A stretch of DNA of 64,000 nucleotides from Negaprion brevirostris (lineage: Eukaryota): positions 3,950,312-4,014,311 of the forward strand of contig JARDVH010000154.1 of assembly GCA_030324005.1 (NCBI GenBank), read 5' to 3'. Shown here piece after piece: positions 24,208 through 36,100 of this stretch; position 1 is the first letter of the stretch, and the number at the start of each line of letters is the position of its first letter. The notes under the pieces are model-generated. The model was not told the DNA's origin. It worked only from the letters and a program-made list of their open reading frames with translations, and did not search any database. A program made the translations under genes and the position numbers.

Positions 24208-26480
24208 CAAGTTGTAGTAACCAGGGCTGTAATTGAACTTTACGAGCAATATTTGATGTAACATTTTCAGGCAAATATTTTGTGATGATAGGCTGAATAG
24301 ACAGGGACGTATTGCTGAAAAAGATGTTTAATTTGTGAAATAGAAATGTCGTGGTTATAGGCTGAATATCAATGCAGAGGAGCTGAAATCCTGGAAGTTA
24401 TTTAAACTTTTGCCGATTGTTATCTTTGTAAAGTTGATTATAAGTTCCCTGTTTGCTTTTCGTTAAATACAAGAAGTATTTAATTTTGAAACGCGTGAAG
24501 TTGCAGCCAATTCAACACCAGTCTTGTGGAGAGAAAAACACCAATGACAAAGGTCTGTTAATGGTTCAAAGAGAACCGTCATAAATTTTATGACTNNNNN
24601 NNNNNNNNNNNNNNNNNNNNNNNNNNNNNNNNNNNNNNNNNNNNNNNNNNNNNNNNNNNNNNNNNNNNNNNNNNNNNNNNNNNNNNNNNNNNNNNNNNNN
24701 NNNNNNNNNNNNNNNNNNNNNNNNNNNNNNNNNNNNNNNNNNNNNNNNNNNNNNNNNNNNNNNNNNNNNNNNNNNNNNNNNNNNNNNNNNNNNNNNNNCT
24801 TAGCTTTTATTTATTTTCAGCTCTCTCGCGATGTTTTTGGGAATGAACACTGGAGTCATTTATTTATTTAAATATTTACCGAAATGGGAGGGGGGGAACG
24901 CGAGGGCTGTTGCAGCTTTTTGCTGGAGTCATCACTCCGAATACTCCTTCTCATTCAAAATGAATTTCAAAGGCAGGCTTGAAAAAAGTGCGACACGAGA
25001 ACTATGTGAATCGCTCCAGAGTTTGTAATTAAAGGGCTGGAACAGTGTGCGGTTGTCAGTGAAAATAAAATGTTGACCCAAGAGTCACTTTACATCAAAA
25101 CAGTTAGACAGTATTTATTATTGTGGACGAATTCCTCAGATGTTTACAGTAAAAGTGCACAAAATGCCCCATAACCTGAAGGAACCGGGCAGTTTGCAGC
25201 GTTTTCCTCTTAACAACTTCCCGATTTCATTGGAAGGCTGTTGTTGTCTTTTGTCTCCGCAACACAAACCAACTCAGAAGGATTCCCTGGTTACATCATT
25301 GTTCTCCAGCACATATATTCAGTTGAAAATGGATGTTTTATCGATGAGGCTTTGCAATGTGCCGCTTCGGGCGGAGTTTAGGGTATTCTTAGGCGCAAGT
25401 AGAAATCAACATGCTGTGAAATGAAAATAACTGCTGCCTGAAATCAAATTTGCACTAAACAACACTTTCCAAGAAACAACACCACATCTCTCTATTCCCA
25501 AGAATGGGCTCTCTCGGATCAGGCTGTACTAATTCCTTCCCTTTGCATTTTTAGATATAACTTGGCCTACTTCCTCAATGTAGTCGCTTTGTTCCACAAT
25601 CAATACTCTAACTTTAAATGAGATTCAGCTAACTCTGGTCTAACTTTCCTTGTGCAGTTTTCCACATGAGTAAACTCTTCTAAAGGTGACGGTAGCACCG
25701 GTGAAAAAAAAATTCCAAGAGATCTTTCAACCGTTTTGTTTTGCCGAATAAAACGTTTCGGGTTTAAGTTTGTCAAGGCGTTTGTGATGGGAGGGCTCAG
25801 TGTGTGTGATGTGTGCGATTCTGATTTTTGTGTGTGAATATTGAATATGTAATCTACACTTCTGCATACCTGTGTGGATGTGTAAATAACTATGTTACAG
25901 TACGTTTGGGATTATATATGAATGTTTACATTTTGGGCAAAAGCTATAATGTATGCTTGAGAGTACGCGCCATACCTCAGAATGGGACTCGATACTTACT
26001 ACTGAATCATGTGTGTTAGTTTATGTAGGTCACAATGTATATATCGAATGGGTTTATTTAGAAATGAAAGCGTAACGCATTATTGCATTCTTTTAAATTC
26101 GATAAATGAATCTGGCCTATTCCAGTCACCACACAATATTTAGGCAGCGGCTATTATGGAATAATGGTTTTCTTTAGATGTAACCACATTTTCCATCTAG
26201 ATTTATGCCACAAGAACCAACCGACGTGTAAATCTACCAATAGGGAAAATAAATTTCAATCTTTCCCGGATGTTGACTTTTGAAGCCATCAGTCCAGTTT
26301 TATTGTATTAATTGTACCCCTCAGTTTACTCTGAATTTTGCCAGTCTCTTCATTCTCTCTCTCTGTTATGTATAATGTAGATATACATGTAAAAAGTTAG
26401 AGTTCTTCGCCTGAGATGAACAATGGTGTAATCTTCAGGCTACTTTTGTTGACTTGTTTGTTAATCCCAGAGGCGTTTGG

Positions 26481-26494
26481 AGGTAAAAAGGTCA
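26481..26494 (+). promoter_or_regulatory. HoxB1 3' DR2 retinoic acid response element (early neural enhancer)
   Basis: AGGTAA-aa-AGGTCA about 1.6 kb past the HoxB1 stop. Matches the vertebrate Hoxb1 3' DR2 RARE as I recall it; flanked by TGTTTGTT Fox-type sites near 26457 and 26567. Confidence 0.85.
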
Positions 26495-27049
26495 CTCGTA
26501 CATCCGGAGTTTGCTCTTGCATTCCTCGCTTTGCCTATGCATTTCTTTTAAAGAGGCTGTCGCTCGTGTTTGTTTAATGTCGTTCACGAATGATATTCAA
26601 CCTACAAGAAGTGACTGCTTCGTTTGAGATTCCAGCAGTGCCGAGTGCATTGGATTAAATATTTCCTGAAATTACCCATATTTGCAGTCACTGTATTTTG
26701 TTTTGAGCTGTTGATCTTATTTGCATTTCTTAAAGTTCTTGTATTTTTTCAGCAGAAGGGCAACTTCAATGTCCCAAATAGCAGCCATTCAGTGATCTTG
26801 TTTTGTGTGTTGTTTTACTTAAGGACCACTAACAGACAGATTATTGACTATAAATTGGAATATTTCATGTGGTCAAAGTGCAATAACCACAAGGAACAAA
26901 ATACAGCTCAAGATCATTGTATTATCTTTGATATTAAAGCTCCATCATTGAGCCTCCCATCTTATATAACTTGTATTATTTGAAGAAAGACAGACAACAG
27001 GAATGAAAACAGTCAGGAAGCAAATTGTATTATAATAAGCAAATTGATT

Positions 27050-27055
27050 TTTATT
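27050..27055 (-). terminator. HoxB1 polyadenylation signal
   Basis: AATAAA about 1.07 kb after the stop, followed by a GU/U-rich downstream tract (ctgttttcattcctgttgtctgtctttc). Confidence 0.6.
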
Positions 27056-28120
27056 GGAATGAGGTAGCTGAACACTAGGGTTGTAATCTGAACGAGGTGA
27101 GCATGTTGGAAGGGCTGTTAAACAGGTTGAGAAACCTAAACTGATAAAACTCAGTAAAACAGCTGAATGACAGACAGCATGATCACCTGAGGTAGAATTA
27201 CTGCGGTTGCCATGTCTCGTGACATGGGCGATGATACTTTCTGAAAATGTGCTGCTGTCGCCTTTCCGAGTGAAATCGTACTCTCGACCATCAAAGGCCA
27301 GAGAAAATCTTTGTGGGCACATATTCTCACATTACAACACATTTGGCATCGGAGCGGATTCACTCCAAAATTCTTCACTGTCGATATCATCAAATACCTG
27401 CTCCCACTCTTAAAAACTGAGAAATCAAACATTTTCTGATTTTTTTTTCTGGAAACGTTTGGTTTGGTTGTAACAGTTTCTGGCTTAGGGACAAACAAAC
27501 TTCGATAACTCAATAGAAACAATATAAAATGCCAGAAAAGTGAAGAAACGAGATTAGTATTTGTCTGTTAACATTTAATACGCGTCTGCTACACTTTCCA
27601 CTCAATTTTTTCAAATCTTCAGCTCTTTTCTAAGCCTAACATGTATCTTTTTAATCGATAACCCTGTTACAGTATTAGTAGTGCAATCAAAAGTACCACA
27701 GATTTCATAAAACACACTCCACACTGCAGAATGACGGTATGTCTTTTTCTCAATTTCCTATATATACAAACAATTCCGTCTGAAATCACGTTTCTTAAAT
27801 ATAAAATATACTGAGATCGACACCTATGCATAGACAGCAAGGCTGTGTGAAACCAGACTCCCTGAAAAGTTACCAATAACTTAAGGCGGGATGTCAAATC
27901 GCAATATGATGTACAGTATTACAATCATCGGTATCAAAATGTGGGATGGAATTCTGCCATTGTAAACATGGGAAAAGTGCAATGCTTTTTTTTTGGTAAT
28001 TTCCCTGAGTATAGCACAATAAAGAAGGGCAAATGACATTAGTAAATTGTAATGAAAGAAATTGAAGTCATATTATCCCCTTTTTATAAAAAAAGGTACT
28101 GTTATTTTTGATAGCCTGAG

Positions 28121-28464
28121 TTAAGAGGTCTGGATGTTCTCTGATGTCGACGATCTGGGTGATGTGGATGGAGAGGTAGTTGATGACTTGTCCGATCCGT
28201 CCCCAGTTTCCTTTGCAGTGTTAACCGCCAAGTGGGGGGCAAATCCCTCTTTTTCCCGCTTCTTCTGCTTCATTCTACGGTTCTGGAACCAGATTTTTAC
28301 TTGGGTTTCATTCAGCTCCAGCGTGGCTGCTATCTCCACTCTCCTGGCGCGGGTGAGATACTTGTTAAAATGGAATTCTTTCTCCAACTCTGTTAATTGC
28401 TTGGTGGTGAAATTGGTGCGCATTGTATTGGTCTGGCCACCTAACCCATAATCAGCAATTCTGG
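28121..28464 (-). CDS. HoxB1: Homeobox protein Hox-B1, exon 2 (homeodomain and C-terminus)
   Basis: Encodes the PG1 homeodomain [59 protein letters not shown]; IAATLEL is B1-type. Acceptor tttttttgcag| (AG at 28466-28465), phase-1 join T-A-R-I-A-D, stop TAA at 28123-28121. Confidence 0.96.
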
Positions 28465-29219
28465 CTGCAAAAAAAACGAAAAGGAATACAATTAGATCGA
28501 CCCGACATGAACAAGCACCCCTCCCCCACCCGCCAGCATTAACCAACAACTTCAGCACTTAGTGTTCCGGAACTTGATAGAAGCAAGAGATAAAATACAA
28601 GGCGAGGCTTTTAGGCTGAATCTAAACCATCTCGTTGAACGACATGATTCTAAAACATAACAATAAACCTTAATTAAGTCATTGAAAATTCAACGCGAAA
28701 CACTTGCTCCATCCTCTTGAGTTTTTCAAATACATATTGGGTCAATTTATTTTCAGAAAGATGCATCTTAAATAACAAATGAGCAACTTGTATACAGATG
28801 TGAAGTTACAGTGAATGGGGTTACACGGACAGACCCTTGCACATCACATTTAAAGCTGCAGTCCCATTTTCCACAAGAAGCAGTCTGTCATTTTCAGGTC
28901 AGTTTCATAAATTCAGAATAAACCGAACATTCATCTCTTATTTACTCCAATTGATTCCGGGGAGGGGGAGGGGCGCCAGCAAATGGGTGATTGCAAAACC
29001 CATTCGAATATTGTAGGTCTTATTTTGCAAAGTTCACATAGAGGGCAAAGTATTTTTCATTCACTGCAGACGCTTTTGGAAGCAAAAACGTGCTAACGTC
29101 AGAGTTATTTTACAATTTGGAAGAATTAAGTTGTAAAAGTTGGGAAGGGTTTGAATTGAATTTTCGCCAGCTTTTGTTTGACTCAAGGTGGAAATGATTC
29201 GAACATGTCTCATACTAAC

Positions 29220-29681
29220 CTGTTTTAGGAGGGTTTCTTTTCACTTTCATCCAGTCAAACGTCTGGCCCGTTGAGGATGAATCAGAGGTGCAGGAAGGTT
29301 CCTTTTCCCCTTCTTGAGATGGAGACAGATTAGCATAAATCCCATACGCCAAACCCTGTTGCTCTTGGCCGTAGGAATGCTGATACTGGCCCAGCCCTGT
29401 GACTCCACAATAACCTTCTGAAAGCGGATTGACAGTGGATGCAATATTGCCAGTGTACCCCGAGCTTTGGAAGTATGCCCCATCCGAATCTTGGTTGAAA
29501 AAGTAATGGTGATTGTAAACAGGATTGCAAGTTTGGGTCGTAGAGTTGTTGGGACCTGAACTGGCGCATGGGTTCCCCAGACTGGAATGATGCGAATAAC
29601 TGGCTGGCTGGTGCTGATGCTGGAGTGTATTGTGCGCGTTTCCTCCTACTAAGAATCGTCCATCACCATTGTAATTGTCAA
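29220..29681 (-). CDS. HoxB1: Homeobox protein Hox-B1, exon 1 (partial; ATG lies in N gap 29682-30132)
   Basis: Open frame ...GDGRFLVGG...TFDWMKVKRNPPKT carrying the PG1 hexapeptide FDWMK. Donor ACAG|GTTAGT at 29219; intron 28465-29219 (755 bp). Confidence 0.93.
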
Positions 29682-30132
29682 NNNNNNNNNNNNNNNNNNN
29701 NNNNNNNNNNNNNNNNNNNNNNNNNNNNNNNNNNNNNNNNNNNNNNNNNNNNNNNNNNNNNNNNNNNNNNNNNNNNNNNNNNNNNNNNNNNNNNNNNNNN
29801 NNNNNNNNNNNNNNNNNNNNNNNNNNNNNNNNNNNNNNNNNNNNNNNNNNNNNNNNNNNNNNNNNNNNNNNNNNNNNNNNNNNNNNNNNNNNNNNNNNNN
29901 NNNNNNNNNNNNNNNNNNNNNNNNNNNNNNNNNNNNNNNNNNNNNNNNNNNNNNNNNNNNNNNNNNNNNNNNNNNNNNNNNNNNNNNNNNNNNNNNNNNN
30001 NNNNNNNNNNNNNNNNNNNNNNNNNNNNNNNNNNNNNNNNNNNNNNNNNNNNNNNNNNNNNNNNNNNNNNNNNNNNNNNNNNNNNNNNNNNNNNNNNNNN
30101 NNNNNNNNNNNNNNNNNNNNNNNNNNNNNNNN
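29682..30132. other. Assembly gap hiding the HoxB1 start codon, promoter and probably the r4 autoregulatory element
   Basis: 451 N interrupt the exon-1 reading frame. No PG1 N-terminus and no TGATNNAT repeat triad is visible on either side. Confidence 0.8.
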
Positions 30133-33100
30133 AGTCAAGATGGTCTTTAAAGTGTGAAAAAGATTTAGTCAAAGCAAGAACTACAGCTGCCCACAACTTG
30201 GGCATAATATCTTACAGGAGCACGGCAGAGCTCAAGTAGGTCATATAATATATATATTTCAATGTTTTACTTGAATAATACAAATAATAAGAGAAAAACC
30301 TTTGCGTTCTTGTCGATTAGAACAGTTTTTATTTGAAAGAGAATCGCGATAAAAGGTGCATAGCATCTCGTTTAACTTCGTTTGTAAAAGTCTAGACTAC
30401 ATGGAGATTAATCAAACGTCAATGCCCAAATACATAAAACATGTGTTGAGGAGGAGTTATAAAATAAAGCATCCCGTTGAAATAAATTGCGATGATCTTT
30501 TGGCGATTGCTGTATTGGATTAAAAGCTATGAGATGTCCATATGATTTTTGGAAATGTAATGTTCCTCATGGGATGTTTGATAAAAGGTCTCATAACCAA
30601 TGTAATATAGATGAGTATTACCCTGTTAGAATTGCATGTTGCTTAATTACCGTTTTTTATATCCCAATTTTGTAATTCGTTGGGATCTGCTATAGAGTCA
30701 TAAAACCATGGGTTAAATTTAGAAGTGTATTGTAATAAAACATATTCATGTTGTCATTTCTATTCCTTTAGTGAAACTGTACAGGGAATTCAATGAAATG
30801 CAAAACATTAAAAATACAATGTCAATCCGACAGAATATTCCCCATAATTTGAGAGTTGAGCCAAAAATAATGTATATTTAAAAGGCTTATTACGACGCCA
30901 TGGAAGTGATTGCTTTCCGGAGTAATGCATCCAGTCAAATCATCAATAATGTATCTTCAAGAAAATAAGTTAAGTAGACTATATGCTTTTTTATTTAAAA
31001 ACATTTTTGCTAAAAAAAATTGAGGCATTTATCTTTTATATCCTTAGTCTTACTATAACGTTTATGGCTATCTGTAATAGATGCAGTGCTGACAGCATTA
31101 CGGGAGAAATCAGTCATCTACTTTCTCAGTGGGTGCCATACATTACTTCCCAGCACCAGGACTGAAGTTTTGACGATTGTACACGAGAGAGGAGAGGGGG
31201 AGGGGGCGTTATTCCGTGGATCATAAATATTTCCTCGTCTAAAGTTTTGAAATGCATCTTACCTAAGTCAGCAAACTCAAGTCAACTAAAAGTGGCAGAA
31301 TAGCCTGACAAAGTGAATAGTGATCATTCATATTTTGGAGGAATTGAAAGCATTTCGAACAATGTCCTTCACAGTCGAGTTTCGTTAGCTGTCAGGAAAT
31401 GTACTATTATCTCAACATTTAAGCACGTTTAATATGTTTGACATAATAAGATGGTTTTCCCTTTACATTCTGGGTTATCACATATATACACACAGTTTAG
31501 TGGTGATTAGCTAGAAGCCCGGGGCCTACAATTATACTAATTTACTCAGTTAACAGAAAAAGATTAATTGTACAGTATGCGATGTGTCACTGTTGCACCT
31601 AGACATTCGAGCTGTTCGTCGTCCGCCATCTGTTAGGTTCATGGAGAGCTTATATTTTCTACATAATGATACCTTATCACTGTCACCGAATTCAAGAAAC
31701 ATTATTTTTGCCTTCACTCATTCAGTCGGTGGATCCATATGTCAAAGGCAGCTCTGGCAGCGAGCAATTTAAATGTTTGATGTCAGCTCCATTTGCTGCT
31801 GCTTATTATTGCATTCTTCTCTTTAGGGAGGGGGAGAAGGGGAGAGAGAAATAAAGAAATAGATGGATATTTTCAGTTACAAAGGGAGGAATGCGAAAAA
31901 AAATGAATAGAACGAGGAAAGGGATAGCTGAAAGGAATAGGGATTGAGAAGGCGAGAGGTACAGATGACAAAGTGTGGAGAGGAAGAAAGAGAATGTGGC
32001 ACAGAAATGTGTGAAAGAAGGATGAAAAAAAGAGAATGAAAGCACGATGTATGCATGAAATGAGCTAGAGAGAGAGCGGAGTTATTTTTATGATATAACT
32101 ATCAATGAGTTTTATTACAACTAGACAAAACTCGCAAATGTTACATTAATTGTCAGAATTCCGAAAGAAACCCTCAATACTGGATGATGGTCTACAAAAA
32201 CAAAATGAATCTTTGGATTGCAATATAACATATAAGTAACTCAGCAAAGTTTTCTGACAGTAATGTCCCAAGTATTGTCATTTGCTGGAGTTTCACTGAA
32301 CCGATGATTTAACACGTGCTGACACAGGATTGTGAATGAGCGCCATATATGTTGTTCATCGACCGGCTGCTTTTGCAGGCTGCCAGATGTAGCCAGTATT
32401 GACCGAACAGACGACCTCTGGCGAGTAAAACTTATGGGTTGGCAAAACTGTACAGCCACTATGAAGCAGTATGCTTTGTTCGTGTTCGCTTTAGTTGTTG
32501 CATTTCGAGAAGATAGACCTGTGTCCGACCATGCATCCACCGCGTAGCCTTACACCTATTATGAAAGACATTTAATTAATCAATTGAAAATAACTGTACT
32601 GACACAGATTACTTAATAAACCAGCAATTTCCATTTAAGCTGCCTGTAAATGGAAAGAAGGTGGTTGACAGAAATGAATAGTACTTTCAAGCCATTCTGA
32701 ATTGTTTTATTGATTGCGATAGTTGGGAAGCAGGGGTAATGCATTTGATACCATATTATGCAATATTAGTTACAAGCATTTAGCTGAAGTCAACTAAAAT
32801 ACGTTCAATTTTCAGCGGTCCAAGTTCCAAAATCTTTGATAAAAGCAAAAAAAATGTAAAAGCTAACGTGCATTGAAACTAGGCGAATTCTATCCTATCC
32901 GGTCATAATTGTAATTATGTGTTCAGAAGCCGTTTTCCCTCTTTAAAATGTGAAAATGCTCTCATTGGCAATAGTTACTTTCAATTTAGACAGAAACAAA
33001 ACTGGCTCGATTTAGGATTAAAGGGCCGTTTTTTAACGAGATATTGCAGTTTGATTCACTCGCACTGACTTACAGACTTAGGTCATTGTCAGCAAGACTT

Positions 33101-36100
33101 TAAACCCCTCAGTCAAAATTTTGAATTGCAGTTGCAGATGATCCCTCAACAATTCTTGATGTCGATTTGTTTCTATGTCAGCATCCTTTAGCAATGCCTC
33201 TGTGATCCATTGACCCCAGTGACTATCAAAGCTGTAGTGTTGGATTCAATTTACTGAGAAAGGGGTTAATACGTTTTTTCAAAGAATTAAAAAGTGCCTT
33301 ATTTGAGAAATGAATGTACGTTTTACTTTTGTGTCAAAATCTTCACATATTTTGTAAAAGAAGAAGTAATTCCATTTCTTCTTCAGTGCATCGAATTAAT
33401 ATTGATACCCGAATGCAGTCTTAAGGGGGCACTGATGTCTGAAGTATCACATGAAACCCATCTGCCCTACAACATAAGGGGTAAGAAGGCACAGAGTAGA
33501 GTTAAACATTGTGTTGTCATCCCCCACCCCACCCCCGCCACAGAAAATCTTCTGCAGTGTTTTTCCCAAGGCTCCAATCTAAACCAGATGTAAAGTCCCT
33601 CTAGGTTATCCTGTTAAAATATTTCCAACATAGAAATGCAAGAAATCAGAATCTTTTAAAGGCAAAACACTAAACAAAGGATCAAAGCCCATATGTAGGA
33701 CAAACTTGAAGATAATAATAAGATAAGTGATGAACGAAAGTGAGATAACTGAAGGAGAAGTTACAACTTGATGGCTAAAGGCCAGTAGATTATAAGAAGC
33801 AAAGGTCTGTTCTGAGGCCCTGGTAAAGAAAGGGTTAAAGAGCCGACAAGATTGAAGTAACAGCGAAAATGGCAAAATGCTGCACTGCTAAATTGGTGTC
33901 TTGTCGAAAATCTGTTGTAAAGCATTATTTTCAGGCAAAAGCTTCGCGCATTTCAGTTGCCATAGCGACGTGCGCTGGCAGTGGTTGTCAATTTTCTCAG
34001 GTCTGATGGGATAGCTTATGTGCAAAAAGTATACTTACGGTAGTTAGTACTTCCCAGTATATGCGATGAGGTGAAACGGTGTGCAAGAAATGGAACATTT
34101 CAAAAACGAGAAACCATGTGGTTTGTTGCAGGTTATAATGTTTCAGCCGCCACCAATGGACGGTTCAATGTGGATAGACTATAGTAGTCCTTCACTGATA
34201 CACGATTTGTAGATTTTTGTGTAAACAGGCAGCCTCTTTAAAGCACTAGTCATTATATCCCCAGGCTTTTAAAGGTCTAATTTAGCGACTGGTAATATAC
34301 AAATCCAATGTCTGGCATTTGTCATTCTGACTTATATAATCGTTTTATTATTGACATTTAGTGTTTAATTGTTAAATTTATTACAGTGTTTGTTTCTTAA
34401 ATAATATTTAAGTTTTAGTTCAGTTATCTGTTTATTGACTTCCCAGTTTTTAAGCCAATGAGAGTACATGAAGAAATATGTCTGAACGATTGATTTTATA
34501 TTTATGAAATTGATCAGAAATTGACAAGTAGGAGGAGAAAAAAAGGGATACACTATGTCTTTAAGGAAGGTCGGATTGAGTGGTTAGTTCCCATTTATTA
34601 AGGTTGTTCTGTGGGCGTAGAATTGATTTGTAATTGTCACTGGCATGTTCCCTGGACGTGCAGCAAGTTTTACTGGTCATTATGCTATGTAAAGAGGCGC
34701 TCGTTAGAGATTTGTATTGATACCACGTCAAGGTTTGCACATGTAAGTTGAAGGAGTTTCTACTCAATTAAACTGTCATGCATTTACATTGGAATAAAGC
34801 AGCGCACATAACTCTATGACAAGGTTAAATCTTATAATTCCTTAGAATGGAGTCCACGCCCTCAGACTGCATTAAACACATGAGCAGGATTCCTCTGACC
34901 AAGGGAGCCAATTTTCAAATTCGTTTTTAGAATCATTTAATAGGCAATGTAGCTCTCTTTCTTCCTCCTTGTTAACATGTCTCTGCTTGTCCTCACCCGT
35001 GTCTGACTCTGCTTACTTACATGTTTATTTACATCTCTGTGTATTCCTCTGTATCTATAGTTACCCCGCACGTTCTGATCTCAAACTTTCTCTTACCTTT
35101 TGTACCTTTCTCAATGCGCCTTTTAAACCATTTATTTGTTCTCCCCCCGCCCCTCCCGTTTTCTCCATCTCTGCAGCTTTATGTTTGTTTTGCTGTCCCT
35201 CACGATTCTTCTATTCAGATAATGAAAAATATGAAGCTTGCTAAAGAAACAGCATTAACGTTGCCCGCCTCCAGTCATTAAACATGAATGTTTTATTGTG
35301 TGATATGCATTTTCTGTTGAATATTGTATTGAAACCCATGGATTAACAAGAGTTATATGCAGTCTGTGCTACAAGAAGCTTTGAAAAGGAGGCGCAGTTA
35401 TTACAATTGGAACAGTGCCTAAAATATGAAGAGTAAGAAAAGATAAAATAAAGAAATGCGGGACAAAGTTGGGGGGGGGGGGAGCTGAAAAATTAAAACA
35501 TGATCTCATTTAGTGGGTGTTTCAAGGTATTTTGAAATCATTACGAAACAAAACTTGAGATTTTAAAATACCATTCAACAAAGAATGCAATATGCAGAGT
35601 TAAAATACTGCAGAATATTAGCAAGTGGTAGGAATGTTTTGTGTGTCAGGCCGCACGGCGCCATTTTGAGGCTGGTAAAGCGGGCCTGGTGATTCTGGAC
35701 ATTTGCAGCATTTTCTGTGGAGCGTTTCCAAAGGCCCTACCAAATTTCTGCCTTTCTTGGGAAACACCCGTGACTAGGCAAATGCGTAATATTATTTATT
35801 TTTATGTCACTGCGATTGATTTCTCAAGATGACCCCCTCATTCATAAAGCAGCTTGATGTATGAGTTTAAGCAAAAAAAATTACATCTTGTAAATAAACC
35901 TCCCTTGGCAGAGCGCGGGGTGGGGTGGGGGAGGGAGCACAATTGCGAATAAAAAAATGGACTGATGATCGATGTTGTTAGTTATTTTCTGGCCAGTTGC
36001 GCGAAGCTTTCCTGCTCGCACCCCCTCTTTGTCGGGCAGTTTCTCCTGCCTTACCCAATTATTTTAACCGCTGCCTCTTTTGTTGTCTCAGCTGCACATC

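Noticed and set aside
31255-31275. cctaagtcagcaaa resembling the Hoxb3 kreisler/MafB site
   Set aside because: It is only a half-site and lies upstream of HoxB1, the wrong place for the Hoxb3 r5 enhancer.
31820-35210. Purine-rich tract (31820-32080) and pyrimidine-rich tract (34955-35210) as a paired or triplex structure
   Set aside because: No base-level complementarity or mirror symmetry is evident; they look like decayed low-complexity repeats.
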